A stretch of DNA of 61,687 nt, taken from positions 1-61,687 of the IMG/VR virus record IMGVR_UViG_3300004213_000001. One strand, given 5' to 3'. The notes beneath the pieces were generated by a model that was not told the origin of the DNA, made no database searches, and saw only the letters and a list, made by a program, of their open reading frames with translations. This document shows positions 9,393-18,185 of this stretch, piece by piece. A program made the position numbers and the translations under genes. Positions within the stretch are counted from its first letter, which is position 1, and every line of letters starts with the position of its first letter. The DNA comes from a virus. Lineage: Duplodnaviria; Caudoviricetes.

Positions 9393-10210
9393 AGCGCCGT
9401 CATCGCGCTCGCTGCGGCGGAGAAGGCCTCGTGACTGAGCACGCCCTTCGTCCACCGACCGTACCGGCCCACTCGCAGCATCTCGGGCCAGCAGTCGCAG
9501 GTGGTCTCCACGGGCTTCTGAACGCTGCCCACGTACTCCAGAGGCGGCTTCTTGGCGGCAGGCCACTCGACGGTGCAGTGCCCGAACACGTTGGCCGCCC
9601 GATACCAGGCAGGCGCGTCCTCGCCGTTGCACAGCACGGTCGAAGCGGCCACCCGCACCGGGCAGCGCACACCGCGCTCCGGAGCGTCGCCGATGGCCCA
9701 GACCTGCTCGGCCTTGAAGACGTGGTGCTCGGGGTCCAGGCACAGCACCGGCGCGGGCAGGCTGTTGATGATCAGGTCGTACTTGATGCGGTGCAAGTCC
9801 TCTACCTCCTTGAGCATCACCCGAAACGCCGTGCCTGCGGGGATGGGGCCGCTGTCGACGACGTACGGCCCGAAGCGGTCCCAGGCCACGTCATAGGCCC
9901 GGCGGATGTCCCAGGCCGCGTGGCGGCCCTGTAGCGTCTCTGGGCTCACCTCCACGGGCCGGTCGCCGTAGACCTTCTGGCGGTAGCCGTCGGCGGTGCC
10001 ACTCAACTCGTACAACACCGAGATGAAGTCGCCGGGGTCGCTTAGGTTCGGGATGGGCTCGTGGAGGTACTGCGCCCCGAACATCTCGGACTTCCGCTTC
10101 TTGCTCACGATGCTGACTCGGGCACCAGCCTGCCGAACGGCCTCCGCCGCGAACAGGCCAGCAGGGCCACAGCCCAGCACCAGCACGTGAGGAATGTCTT
10201 TCTTTTTCAT
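9389..10210 (-). CDS. FAD/NAD-binding oxidoreductase (UDP-galactopyranose mutase/HemY-like architecture)
   Basis: VLVLGCGPAGLFAA dinucleotide motif, GAQYLH, C-terminal GRYGRW. Confidence 0.75.
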   Translation of the reverse strand: MKKKDIPHVLVLGCGPAGLFAAEAVRQAGARVSIVSKKRKSEMFGAQYLHEPIPNLSDPGDFISVLYELSGTADGYRQKVYGDRPVEVSPETLQGRHAAWDIRRAYDVAWDRFGPYVVDSGPIPAGTAFRVMLKEVEDLHRIKYDLIINSLPAPVLCLDPEHHVFKAEQVWAIGDAPERGVRCPVRVAASTVLCNGEDAPAWYRAANVFGHCTVEWPAAKKPPLEYVGSVQKPVETTCDCWPEMLRVGRYGRWTKGVLSHEAFSAAASAMTAL

Positions 10211-10233
10211 TGTCAGCCTTTCGGATTGAAGGA

Positions 10234-10264
10234 GGGCGGGGCCGCCAGCACAACGACCCCGCCC
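10234..10264 (-). terminator. Intrinsic terminator-like hairpin in the oxidoreductase leader
   Basis: GGGCGGGGTCGT/GCGGCCCCGCCC stem followed by TCCTTC. Confidence 0.55.
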
Positions 10265-10286
10265 GTTTCTTCAAGAGTGCCGCAGG

Positions 10287-10382
10287 CTCGGCTAAGTTCG
10301 CGGGCGAGGTCGGGGTAACGTCCTCTGTGTTTCTGCGATTGCGGGGCTCGAATCCCTACTCAGCCGAGGCGTTTGGCCTCAG
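10287..10382 (-). ncRNA. Candidate structured leader RNA or sRNA
   Basis: 11-bp long-range stem (10358-10368 with 10287-10297) enclosing smaller hairpins, just downstream of TGATAGAGT. Confidence 0.4.
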
Positions 10383-10387
10383 GTGTA

Positions 10388-10396
10388 ACTCTATCA
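10388..10396 (-). promoter_or_regulatory. Extended -10 promoter element TGATAGAGT
   Basis: TGn-TAnnnT in the intergenic gap upstream of the nucleotide operon. Confidence 0.45.
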
Positions 10397-10411
10397 GTTA
10401 GCGGGCCGATT

Positions 10412-13252
10412 CTACTCTATCTCATCCTCCAGTTTGTTCAGGAGGGCAATCAGAACCGGGTTCGCACGAATGTAGCCACGACCCATTCGGCGAATCATCT
10501 TCAGTTCCATGAGGTACTTCACCGCGATCTGCGCCTCGTCCTGGCTCATGCCTGCGAACTCGCAGAAGTCGCGCACCTTGAAGTCACCGCTGCGGCACTG
10601 CAGAAGAGTGTTCAACTCATCCTCGTGATTGAGCAGGTACTTCCGAGCGCGCTTGGTGTTCTCCTCGCTGATCTCGCGGTCACGAATCATCTTGCGGCTG
10701 TGGTGCTTGTAGCCGAACGAGCGCATTCCGTACAGAAGGTCGAGCAGTTCCATCGCGGCGTCTACGTGCTGCCTGCCCACCGAGACCTTCCGGCCGTCCG
10801 GGCTGGTGCTGAACAGGCGGGCAGCGATGGCGACGGAGATGCGCGCCAACTTGATGCGCACGTTCTCGCTCTGGATCAACGGCGGCTCCGGCACGTAGCC
10901 CGCCCCGAACTTCTTGGCGGAGTCCAGCACGTAGTCCTCGACGCCCTTGCCCCACTCCACGTCGTCGGCCTTTCGGGACCAGGCCCAGGCCACCAGTTCG
11001 GAGCACAGTTCCGAGTCGTAGAAGTGGGTGACCACCTCGTGCTCGCGGCTGTTGATCACGTCCGAACTTACGTCGCTGCTGGCCGCGCTCATCGCCAGAT
11101 CAAAACGGCTGATGTCCTCGGGGTTCTTGATCAGGTCCTTCAGTCCGTCAATGCCACCACCGGGCATCTCTTCGAGAGTGTTGCCCTCGGGAGGGTTGCT
11201 GATCCAGACGAGCCTCGTGCGGGCACTGGTCTCCTGCCCGACGATCTTCGTGATCTGCGCCTTGCCGCTACTGCGGACGGCAGACATCTGGTCGATGATG
11301 CCCTTGTCCTTGATGCCACTCACCTCGTCCAGGATGACGAGACGGCGGTCATTCAGAGGGATGGTGCCCCAGGTCACCATCCAGGACGAGCCCATCTGCT
11401 GCGCGCCGCCCACCAGCCCGGCGAAGGTGGCTCCCTCGCAGGACTTGAGGACGCCGCTGTTGTAGTGGTCGCACAGCCGCCCGCCGACCTCGCTCTTACC
11501 GGTACGGGTGTCGCCGATGACGATGCCCTCCAGCCAGCCCTTCCCGAGTTTGACGCCGTTGAATCGGAAGTCCATGATGCTGTGCCAGATGACGTCGTAG
11601 AACATATGGAGTTCTTCTCGACCATAGATGCGGGTGACGTTGGCCGTCAAGTCGTCCGCGATCTCTCGCATCTTCTCGATAGGGCTTTGGCCCTCTGCGG
11701 GACGGAAGGCGGACAGGCGGGCGATAACCTCCGACGTCACTTCGAAGTTATCCAGGTTGGTCTGAACTGGCTCGCACTTCCACGACTGGAAGACGGCTCG
11801 CCCGTTCTTCGGGTCGGAGATATTGAGGCCCACCACCTCGGTCGTGATGTTGACCGGCGTCGCGTACTGACCGACGTTGTAGACGCGGCGGCTGATGGGC
11901 GACTGCGTCTCCTCGCCGCGCACATCCACGCTCGGCACTACGACCAATTCCTCGACGTTCCAGGACTCGGCGGTGTCTATCTCTACGCGGGTGCACCGGG
12001 TCGGAATGCCCTCGGCCTTCTTGACGATGCCGTTGATCTTCTCGCTGTTGCTGTCCACCATCTCAATCAGGGTGGTGTCGTCCTCTGCGAACTTCCGCTC
12101 GCTGCGCAGCCCGGAGGCCATCATCGGGCACGAATTGCACATGTTCCCGGCCTGGCCGTCACAGGACAGCAGCACCTTCTTCGGCAGCACGTAGGCGGGC
12201 TGCACCTTGCCCGCCACGGAGACGGTCATGCTCAGAGGCCGGTTAGTGTACTCGGCGCTCATGCTGGCTTCCAGCGTCACCTCTCGGGCCTGCACGTTGA
12301 CCCGGTCCTGCTTCCGAATGCTGTACGGGTTCTCCCGAATGGCATTCATCAACTCCCGGAAGTCCTCGGCGCTGTGCCCCTCGTTCACGAGGTAGTCCGT
12401 GAGGTCTGCACCCTTCTCCTGCAGAGGCAGTCGGATGATGTAGACGGCGCGGGCGAACCTGCGGAGGGCGGCGGCGGCCTTCATGCTGCCTTGCTGCCCG
12501 CTGCTGTCCACGTCGTAGCAGATGAAGACGGTCTTGTCCTCGAAGGCAGCGGCCCACTCGTTGCGGAAGGTGAGCGCTCCGCCCGTGTGCGTGACCGTCG
12601 GCAGTCCGACCTGCTGGCCCAGGATGCAGTCGGTCTCGCCCTCGGTGATGATCACCTCGTCGGTCTCGTTCAAGAACGCCGGATAGAAGAGTTCAGCACT
12701 CCCCATTCCGACGCCCCACGACCGCATCTTGTCCTTCGGGTTCTTGGCGATCGGATTGTATCTCCGGACGTTCACCAGATGCCCCTCGGCATCCCGGACG
12801 GGAATGGTGAACCGCTCGCCGTCGTAGCCAATCTGGAAACGCTCGATGGTCTCCTTGGTGAAGCCGCGCTTGTCCTTCATGATCTTGAAGGCGACGTTGG
12901 AGTTGAGCAGGGCGTCGACGAAGCCCTTGATCTTCTCCTCGTCGGGCAGTTCGGTGCGCTTCTCGCTGCGCTTGCTGGGCGCGTCGGAGAGGTTGGTGAT
13001 GCTGGCCCCGGTCTCCGCCCCGTCGCTGGCGATGATCTTGGCGAGTTTCCCCAGGCTCATTCCACCGCAGCCCGAGAAGCACATGAACTTCCCCTCGAGG
13101 AAGTTGAACGAGGCCGACGGTGTTCCGCTGGCACCGGGCTCTTCGTGGATGGGGCAGTAGCCGCGCCACTCGTGCGCCTCGTTCGCCTCAGTGCTGACGA
13201 GCCAGGTCTGGAATCGGGTGCGATACTTCTCAGAAGAAGTGACGACAGTCAC
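10412..13252 (-). CDS. Primase (Zn finger + Toprim) fused to MCM-family AAA+ helicase
   Basis: CPIH...CFSGC Zn finger, ITEGETD and CYDVD Toprim, GDTRTGKS Walker A, ILDE Walker B, ISNP sensor 1, SRFDL arginine finger. Confidence 0.85.
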   Translation of the reverse strand: MTVVTSSEKYRTRFQTWLVSTEANEAHEWRGYCPIHEEPGASGTPSASFNFLEGKFMCFSGCGGMSLGKLAKIIASDGAETGASITNLSDAPSKRSEKRTELPDEEKIKGFVDALLNSNVAFKIMKDKRGFTKETIERFQIGYDGERFTIPVRDAEGHLVNVRRYNPIAKNPKDKMRSWGVGMGSAELFYPAFLNETDEVIITEGETDCILGQQVGLPTVTHTGGALTFRNEWAAAFEDKTVFICYDVDSSGQQGSMKAAAALRRFARAVYIIRLPLQEKGADLTDYLVNEGHSAEDFRELMNAIRENPYSIRKQDRVNVQAREVTLEASMSAEYTNRPLSMTVSVAGKVQPAYVLPKKVLLSCDGQAGNMCNSCPMMASGLRSERKFAEDDTTLIEMVDSNSEKINGIVKKAEGIPTRCTRVEIDTAESWNVEELVVVPSVDVRGEETQSPISRRVYNVGQYATPVNITTEVVGLNISDPKNGRAVFQSWKCEPVQTNLDNFEVTSEVIARLSAFRPAEGQSPIEKMREIADDLTANVTRIYGREELHMFYDVIWHSIMDFRFNGVKLGKGWLEGIVIGDTRTGKSEVGGRLCDHYNSGVLKSCEGATFAGLVGGAQQMGSSWMVTWGTIPLNDRRLVILDEVSGIKDKGIIDQMSAVRSSGKAQITKIVGQETSARTRLVWISNPPEGNTLEEMPGGGIDGLKDLIKNPEDISRFDLAMSAASSDVSSDVINSREHEVVTHFYDSELCSELVAWAWSRKADDVEWGKGVEDYVLDSAKKFGAGYVPEPPLIQSENVRIKLARISVAIAARLFSTSPDGRKVSVGRQHVDAAMELLDLLYGMRSFGYKHHSRKMIRDREISEENTKRARKYLLNHEDELNTLLQCRSGDFKVRDFCEFAGMSQDEAQIAVKYLMELKMIRRMGRGYIRANPVLIALLNKLEDEIE

Positions 13253-13698
13253 TCGGAGGTCTCCTTGTATTCAATATCGTCACCGGGCTCCGTCAGGTCG
13301 GGGTGCCGGTGAACCTTGCCCGGTAGACCAGCCCAGCCTTCCGGGTCATTCAGATGTAATTGCTCATGCGTCATCAACTTGACTAGCGCATCCCCCACAA
13401 TACGCTCGCCATGCTGCTCAGCCAGGTGGAACGTCAGTGTCCACTTCGAAGGCACCCGGTCCGTTCTGATTCGGAGGGGCTTCGGGGAGATGTAGTGGGC
13501 GTACTCGTCAGAGAGATCATTGAGATCTTTGTGAGTGTGGCCGCAGTCGCCTTCTTGATGGAGGCGAGCGTGCTTCGCATAGCGGTCGTCAAGGCTTTCT
13601 CCTTCTACCGCCATCAGCCTTCCGTGATCGCGATAGAGATGTTTGTTGATGATCTCACGCCGCGCCCTCGCGGTGTGCGTACGGGTGTCGAGCGCCAT
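13249..13698 (-). CDS. Hypothetical His-rich protein
   Basis: Coupled ORF upstream of the primase-helicase. Confidence 0.65.
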   Translation of the reverse strand: MALDTRTHTARARREIINKHLYRDHGRLMAVEGESLDDRYAKHARLHQEGDCGHTHKDLNDLSDEYAHYISPKPLRIRTDRVPSKWTLTFHLAEQHGERIVGDALVKLMTHEQLHLNDPEGWAGLPGKVHRHPDLTEPGDDIEYKETSE

Positions 13699-13937
13699 CA
13701 GGAGCAGACCTGGCAGATGTGGCCGGGCGCTTCGTGAGACGCTTCCTGCGGGGAGGGGAGGGCCGGGTCGGCCTCGCGGGCCTTCCGGAGACGGTAGCCA
13801 TCCATCAGGAGTTCGCGAACTACCGCCTGACGAGACTTACCGTCCTCCTTCTGCCACCGGAGAATGTCCTCCTGTACAGCCGGGCTCACGTTCGTCACGG
13901 CGCGGTTCGGCCGCGTCTCGATTTGGGCAGCACTCAT
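13698..13937 (-). CDS. Possible ribbon-helix-helix DNA-binding protein
   Basis: AVTNVSPAV...KSRQAVVRELL RHH-like pattern; AGGAGAG RBS. Confidence 0.5.
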   Translation of the reverse strand: MSAAQIETRPNRAVTNVSPAVQEDILRWQKEDGKSRQAVVRELLMDGYRLRKAREADPALPSPQEASHEAPGHICQVCS

Positions 13938-14434
13938 CTCACCCTCTCCTTACTGGACTCTAATAATGTCTCTCTCTAAACTCTCTCTCTCTTAGATTGA
14001 GAGAGTGAGTTTACGAGCGGACCAACGGGCAGAGCCATCTTACCCTGCGGCAGCCTGGCTATGTAGGTTCCATTCTTTGAGTTTGTTCCACATTGCCTGG
14101 TGACCCATGTCCACTTCTTTTGTCCGCTGTAGTCCTCCTCCATCAGGGGTGCCGGGCTGGCTGGTCCTCGGATGGTTCTGTGTGCGTCCTTACGCGCCCG
14201 TAAGGGACAAAGCACTTTGGCTCTGGCAAGGGTGCCCGACCATCCTGGGCCGTTGGATTGGAGCGCTGCGCTGCGGGCCTGGCAGAGCCCTAGTGCCCAG
14301 AGAGAGGGCCGAGGGGCGGGGCGCTAGGCGCTTCTAGGCCCGATTGTGGGCCAGCCAGCGGGCGTCCGGGCAGCACAAGGGCCAGCCGGTGCGGGTGCAC
14401 CGACTGGCCCGAGGTGTGCCAGTGACCGCTCAGG

Positions 14435-14881
14435 TCACTCGAAGGGGTCGTCATCGTCGTCATCGTCGTCGTCGTCGGCGTCGACCAGGGGCAGGACCGC
14501 GTTCAGGCGGCCCTTCTTCTCGCCCTCGTACATCTCGCTCTTGATGCGCAGCGAGACGGGCCGGGCCTTCTTGACCATCTTCGCGCCGTCCTCGTCCGTG
14601 TCGAGGGTGACGTCCTTCTTGCCGAAGATCGCGTTGATGATCTGACGCGTCTTCCACATGGCGGTCTCGAGGTTGGAGTAGGTGTAGCCCCTCCAGCCCT
14701 TGAACTCGCCCTTGGTGATCTCGAAGCACCACTCGAAGCCGTCGTTGCCGTTGGCCGACGTGTGGTCCTTGACGTGGATCATCTTGCCCTCGTAGACGCC
14801 ACGGCGGGGCTCCTCACCGGTGTAGCCACCGGTGTCCTTGGAGTCGTCGTAGTCGCTCATCGAGATCTTGTGCTTGGCCAT
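14435..14881 (-). CDS. Single-stranded DNA-binding protein (DUF669-like)
   Basis: PRRGVYEG...FEITKGEFKG core, acidic DDDDDPFE tail, next to Sak4-like ATPase. Confidence 0.7.
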   Translation of the reverse strand: MAKHKISMSDYDDSKDTGGYTGEEPRRGVYEGKMIHVKDHTSANGNDGFEWCFEITKGEFKGWRGYTYSNLETAMWKTRQIINAIFGKKDVTLDTDEDGAKMVKKARPVSLRIKSEMYEGEKKGRLNAVLPLVDADDDDDDDDDDPFE

Positions 14882-14938
14882 TCCCTGTTCCTTCTTCCTT
14901 CTGATGTTTCGAAATAGCGGGCGCTATCCGAATGGGTC

Positions 14939-15712
14939 TTACTTACCGGCTGCTTCGATGGTCGCGAGCATTCCGGGGATCGTGGGACGGTCCACCACTC
15001 GACCGAGCGAGTGGTGCCGCGTCTTCGCCATGAAACGCTTGTTCCCGGCGAGTCGGAGTTGACGGTAGGGCTCGTTGTCCTCCTCGCCCTCCACCTTCTT
15101 CGGAGTACGAACGGTCAGGTAGCCCACCAGGCCCATCTGAGCCGCGATCTTCTGGCTCAACTTGCCGTTCTTGGAGGAGCCGAGCGCGGGCATCAGGAGG
15201 GTGGTGTCCTCCTCGGTGATGGGGTCGGCGACGTCGACCTGCATCGGGTGGGCGGTGTAGAGCACGTTCACCGGGAGACGGTTGAACTGGTCGGCCAGCC
15301 GCTTCATCTTGTTCCCGACGATGTTGTAGTCCTGGAGTTCCGCACGGAACTCGTTGCGGCGCTCGTTGCCCTGCGCCTGCTCTCCGAGGTAGTGCCGCCA
15401 GCAGGTCTCCTCCACCTCGCTGATGGAGTCGACGATGACCCAGTCGTAGGTCCGAGCACCACCCTCGGAGAGCCAGGTGTAGGCCTCCTGGAAGGTGGAC
15501 CAGTCGTTGACCGTCCACTCGTCGGCGTCGCTGCCGAACTCCCGAGCGCTCTCGGTGCCACCGGCCTCCACCGTGAGGAAGAGCGCGTTCGGGGCGGTGC
15601 CCGCGAGCACCGTCTTCCCGATGCCTGCGTCGGCGTAGATCATCCAGTTCTTCAGACCGGTGCGGTTGGCCTCACTGAGTTTCGTGATGGCTGCTGGGCG
15701 GGCTTTCGCCAT
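14939..15712 (-). CDS. Sak4-like AAA ATPase (AAA_24) recombination protein
   Basis: YADAGIGKT Walker A, VIVDSISE Walker B, VLYTAH, AKTR. Confidence 0.8.
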   Translation of the reverse strand: MAKARPAAITKLSEANRTGLKNWMIYADAGIGKTVLAGTAPNALFLTVEAGGTESAREFGSDADEWTVNDWSTFQEAYTWLSEGGARTYDWVIVDSISEVEETCWRHYLGEQAQGNERRNEFRAELQDYNIVGNKMKRLADQFNRLPVNVLYTAHPMQVDVADPITEEDTTLLMPALGSSKNGKLSQKIAAQMGLVGYLTVRTPKKVEGEEDNEPYRQLRLAGNKRFMAKTRHHSLGRVVDRPTIPGMLATIEAAGK

Positions 15713-15714
15713 TG

Positions 15715-17076
15715 TCAGTTCTCCTTCTTGGTGATGGACACTCCACGCTTCGTGGACATATCCTCGCGGTGGTCTCGATACGGGTCGGTCGTCGTGTACA
15801 TCGTACGCGCCAACACTCGGGCCGCCTTCGGGTCCTGCTCGTCCAGTTCACAGAAGTCGTAGACCGGGCATCGAGTACAGTCCTCCGTCGGGGTCTTCCA
15901 GGGCTTCAGCGTGCCCGCCCGCATCATCCCCATCGCAGCGGCCTCGTTCTGGACTCGCTGGCCCATCGCAACCCGCTCGTTCTCCTCGCGGTAAATCTCC
16001 TCGCGGTGGAACATCTCGGCGGGCTGGCGGGCGGAGACCTCGCCGAACACGGGCAGCAGGCCCCGGTGACGGCAGGCGTCCTCTAGGTCCTCGGCGGTGT
16101 ACTTCCGGAAGGGCTGGCCCGGCGTGGCACCAGCAGCCAGCAGCGCGTCCCAGAAGTGCTGCTTCGTCGGCTTGTTCGTGGCCTTGCCCTCGTGGTTCCT
16201 CGGGCGGGTGTCGGGCATGGCCTTCCGGAGAGCATTGAAGATCAATCCGGAGATTTGCTCGCCGCCCTTGAAGATGCCGAGGAACTTGAGCACTTCCGGA
16301 GCCACCCAGAGATACGAGCCAGCCTGGTCGTTGATGTTGTAGAAGGACCAGTTCGACGGGAAGGAGGCTCGGGTCTTGTGGTCCCAGAGCCAGAACTCCT
16401 TCGTGTACCGGTGGCGCATCAGACTGTCCCAGGTGCCCGCATAGATGACGAGCGTCTTGCTGTCATCCGTCGGGTCGACCACGTCAATCTGGAAGGGCTG
16501 CTCAGTGTGAATGACTTCCCACTGGCGGTCTCCTTCGTAGAACTCGATGTAGCCCCGGAGCATCTCCAGTCCGAGTTCTTTGGCGTCCACGACCTCGGCC
16601 TGGAATGCCTCCGCGTCGAACTCGTTGTCCGGATTGGTGTAGATGCGCCCGGTCTGCTCGCCGACGGAATCCACGAAGGCGTCGAGTACCTTCTGGGTCT
16701 TGGCCCGCTTGAATCCAGGCCGATAGTACACCTCGAGAGCCGCGTGGATTGCCGTGCCGAACCAGGCCCAGACGGGCGGCTGCTTCTTGCGCAGGCCCTT
16801 GACCCAGACTTGCTCCCACTTCCAGGGGCACCGCTTGAAGTCGTTGCGCTCGCTGGTACGCAGCATCGGCGGCGGGTCCAACACGGGGCCGCTCACGGCC
16901 TCTGAGGGCTGGCTGGCGGCTACCTGCGCGGCGGTGGCCCGGACCTTGGCGGTGCCGAGAACGCGACCGTCACCGCCCAGCGGGAACACCGACCGGGCAC
17001 CCATCGGGCAGTTCGCCGCGTGCTGCGCCGGGTGCTGGTGGCAGCCGGGGCACTCAGACGCCAGGGGCGTGCTCAC
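15715..17076 (-). CDS. Cas4/RecB-like PD-(D/E)XK exonuclease
   Basis: SERNDFKRCP, FGTAIH, EQPF, GTWD, WDHKT, Q..SY, C-terminal CTRCP...C. Confidence 0.85.
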   Translation of the reverse strand: MSTPLASECPGCHQHPAQHAANCPMGARSVFPLGGDGRVLGTAKVRATAAQVAASQPSEAVSGPVLDPPPMLRTSERNDFKRCPWKWEQVWVKGLRKKQPPVWAWFGTAIHAALEVYYRPGFKRAKTQKVLDAFVDSVGEQTGRIYTNPDNEFDAEAFQAEVVDAKELGLEMLRGYIEFYEGDRQWEVIHTEQPFQIDVVDPTDDSKTLVIYAGTWDSLMRHRYTKEFWLWDHKTRASFPSNWSFYNINDQAGSYLWVAPEVLKFLGIFKGGEQISGLIFNALRKAMPDTRPRNHEGKATNKPTKQHFWDALLAAGATPGQPFRKYTAEDLEDACRHRGLLPVFGEVSARQPAEMFHREEIYREENERVAMGQRVQNEAAAMGMMRAGTLKPWKTPTEDCTRCPVYDFCELDEQDPKAARVLARTMYTTTDPYRDHREDMSTKRGVSITKKEN

Positions 17077-17447
17077 CCCTGGTCCCCCTGGCTGGCCTCT
17101 GAGGGGGCCTCTGGCTCGTCGCGGCCCAGCAGGGCGGCTAGAGCCTGGCCCCGCTCGTCCCCGGCCTCTACAGCGGCGCTGAGCCACTCGTGCACGAGGC
17201 TGTGCAGCACGGCCACCATCAGCGGGTCGCTGATGACGATGCCCCGGTCAGGGTAGTCGCGAGCCCACTCGCAGAGGAGGTACGCGATGGAGTACTGCGT
17301 CTGAGCCGTCAGGCGAACGCGGAGGGCCTCCTCGGCTGCCGCAGCAGCCACGCTCTGACGGTAGTCGTCGAGCGTCAGTTTGTCCGAGAGGCGAAGCGGA
17401 TTGGTGAGGAACAGAGCCTCATCAAGATTACGCGGGATGTCAGCCAT
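17073..17447 (-). CDS. Hypothetical protein
   Basis: ORF coupled to the exonuclease. Confidence 0.6.
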   Translation of the reverse strand: MADIPRNLDEALFLTNPLRLSDKLTLDDYRQSVAAAAAEEALRVRLTAQTQYSIAYLLCEWARDYPDRGIVISDPLMVAVLHSLVHEWLSAAVEAGDERGQALAALLGRDEPEAPSEASQGDQG

Positions 17448-17514
17448 TCGATTTCACTTCCCTAATCCCTGACCCTTGTGCTAACCGAACTATTCGGCTA
17501 TGCCATTCTATCGC

Positions 17515-17546
17515 AAAAGAGGGCCAGCCCGCAGGCTGACCCTCTT
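17515..17546 (-). terminator. Intrinsic terminator
   Basis: AAGAGGGTCAGCC/GGCTGGCCCTCTT hairpin with T-run. Confidence 0.7.
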
Positions 17547-17576
17547 CCACTTGCTAGCGGCTACCGCCGCCCCGCA

Positions 17577-18119
17577 TCAGAACGGGGCGTCGCTGGCCTT
17601 CGTGGCGTCCTCGGCGGTGGGCTTCGCGGCCTTGCCCTTCTTGGACTCCTTCGGGGCGTCGGCCGACTCGGTCTTCGCGGCGGCCTCGGCCTTCGCCTTC
17701 GCCTCGGCCTCCTTGGCGGCCTTCTCCTCGGCGCGCTTCGCGGCGGCGGCCTCCTTCTCGGCCTTCTTGGCCTCGGTGGCCTTCGCCCGCTCGGCGGCGG
17801 CGGCCTCGCGCTCCGCCTTCTTCGCGGCGGCGGCCTTCGCCCGCTCCTGCTCCTTGGCCTCCTTCGCGGCGGCCTTCTCGGCGGCCAGCCGCTCGGCCTC
17901 GGCCTGCTTCGCGCCGACGAGGTCCTTGCGGTAGGCGTCGGAGTCGCGGAACGCCTTCCGGGTGCTGTAGATGGCGAACACCTGCTCGGGGGTGACGACG
18001 ACGCCCTTGTTCGCCAGCAGCCAGTCGGCGTGCGCCTGGTGCAGCGCGCCGACCCGGTTGGTCTCGGTGGCGACCTCCTCGGTGGTGGCGGTGGTGGTCG
18101 ACTCGGTGGTCTCGCTCAT
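17577..18119 (-). CDS. Ala/Lys/Glu-rich low-complexity protein
   Basis: Long EAK repeats, C-terminal DAPF, own promoter and terminator. Confidence 0.75.
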   Translation of the reverse strand: MSETTESTTTATTEEVATETNRVGALHQAHADWLLANKGVVVTPEQVFAIYSTRKAFRDSDAYRKDLVGAKQAEAERLAAEKAAAKEAKEQERAKAAAAKKAEREAAAAERAKATEAKKAEKEAAAAKRAEEKAAKEAEAKAKAEAAAKTESADAPKESKKGKAAKPTAEDATKASDAPF

Positions 18120-18185
18120 GATGTGTCCTTCCGGGACGGTGTGGGCCGGTACGGTGGGCCGGGCCTCTTGGTTGCTGACAGGAAC

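Noticed and set aside
10343-10357. GGGCTCGAATCCC resembling a tRNA T-arm
   Set aside because: Lacks GTTC, a D-arm and an anticodon arm, and is on the strand opposite to transcription
10373-13312. Long plus-strand ORFs (also 32642-35104, 36795-38708, 48033-50105, 56168-58285)
   Set aside because: Antisense shadows of well-supported minus-strand genes, expected at high GC; no recognisable motifs
13976-14215. 79-aa minus-strand ORF in the large intergenic region
   Set aside because: No RBS, atypical codon usage, overlaps promoter-like and CT-repeat elements
15715-17076. Cas4-like nuclease as evidence of CRISPR-Cas
   Set aside because: Sits with Sak4-like ATPase and SSB, the usual phage recombination trio
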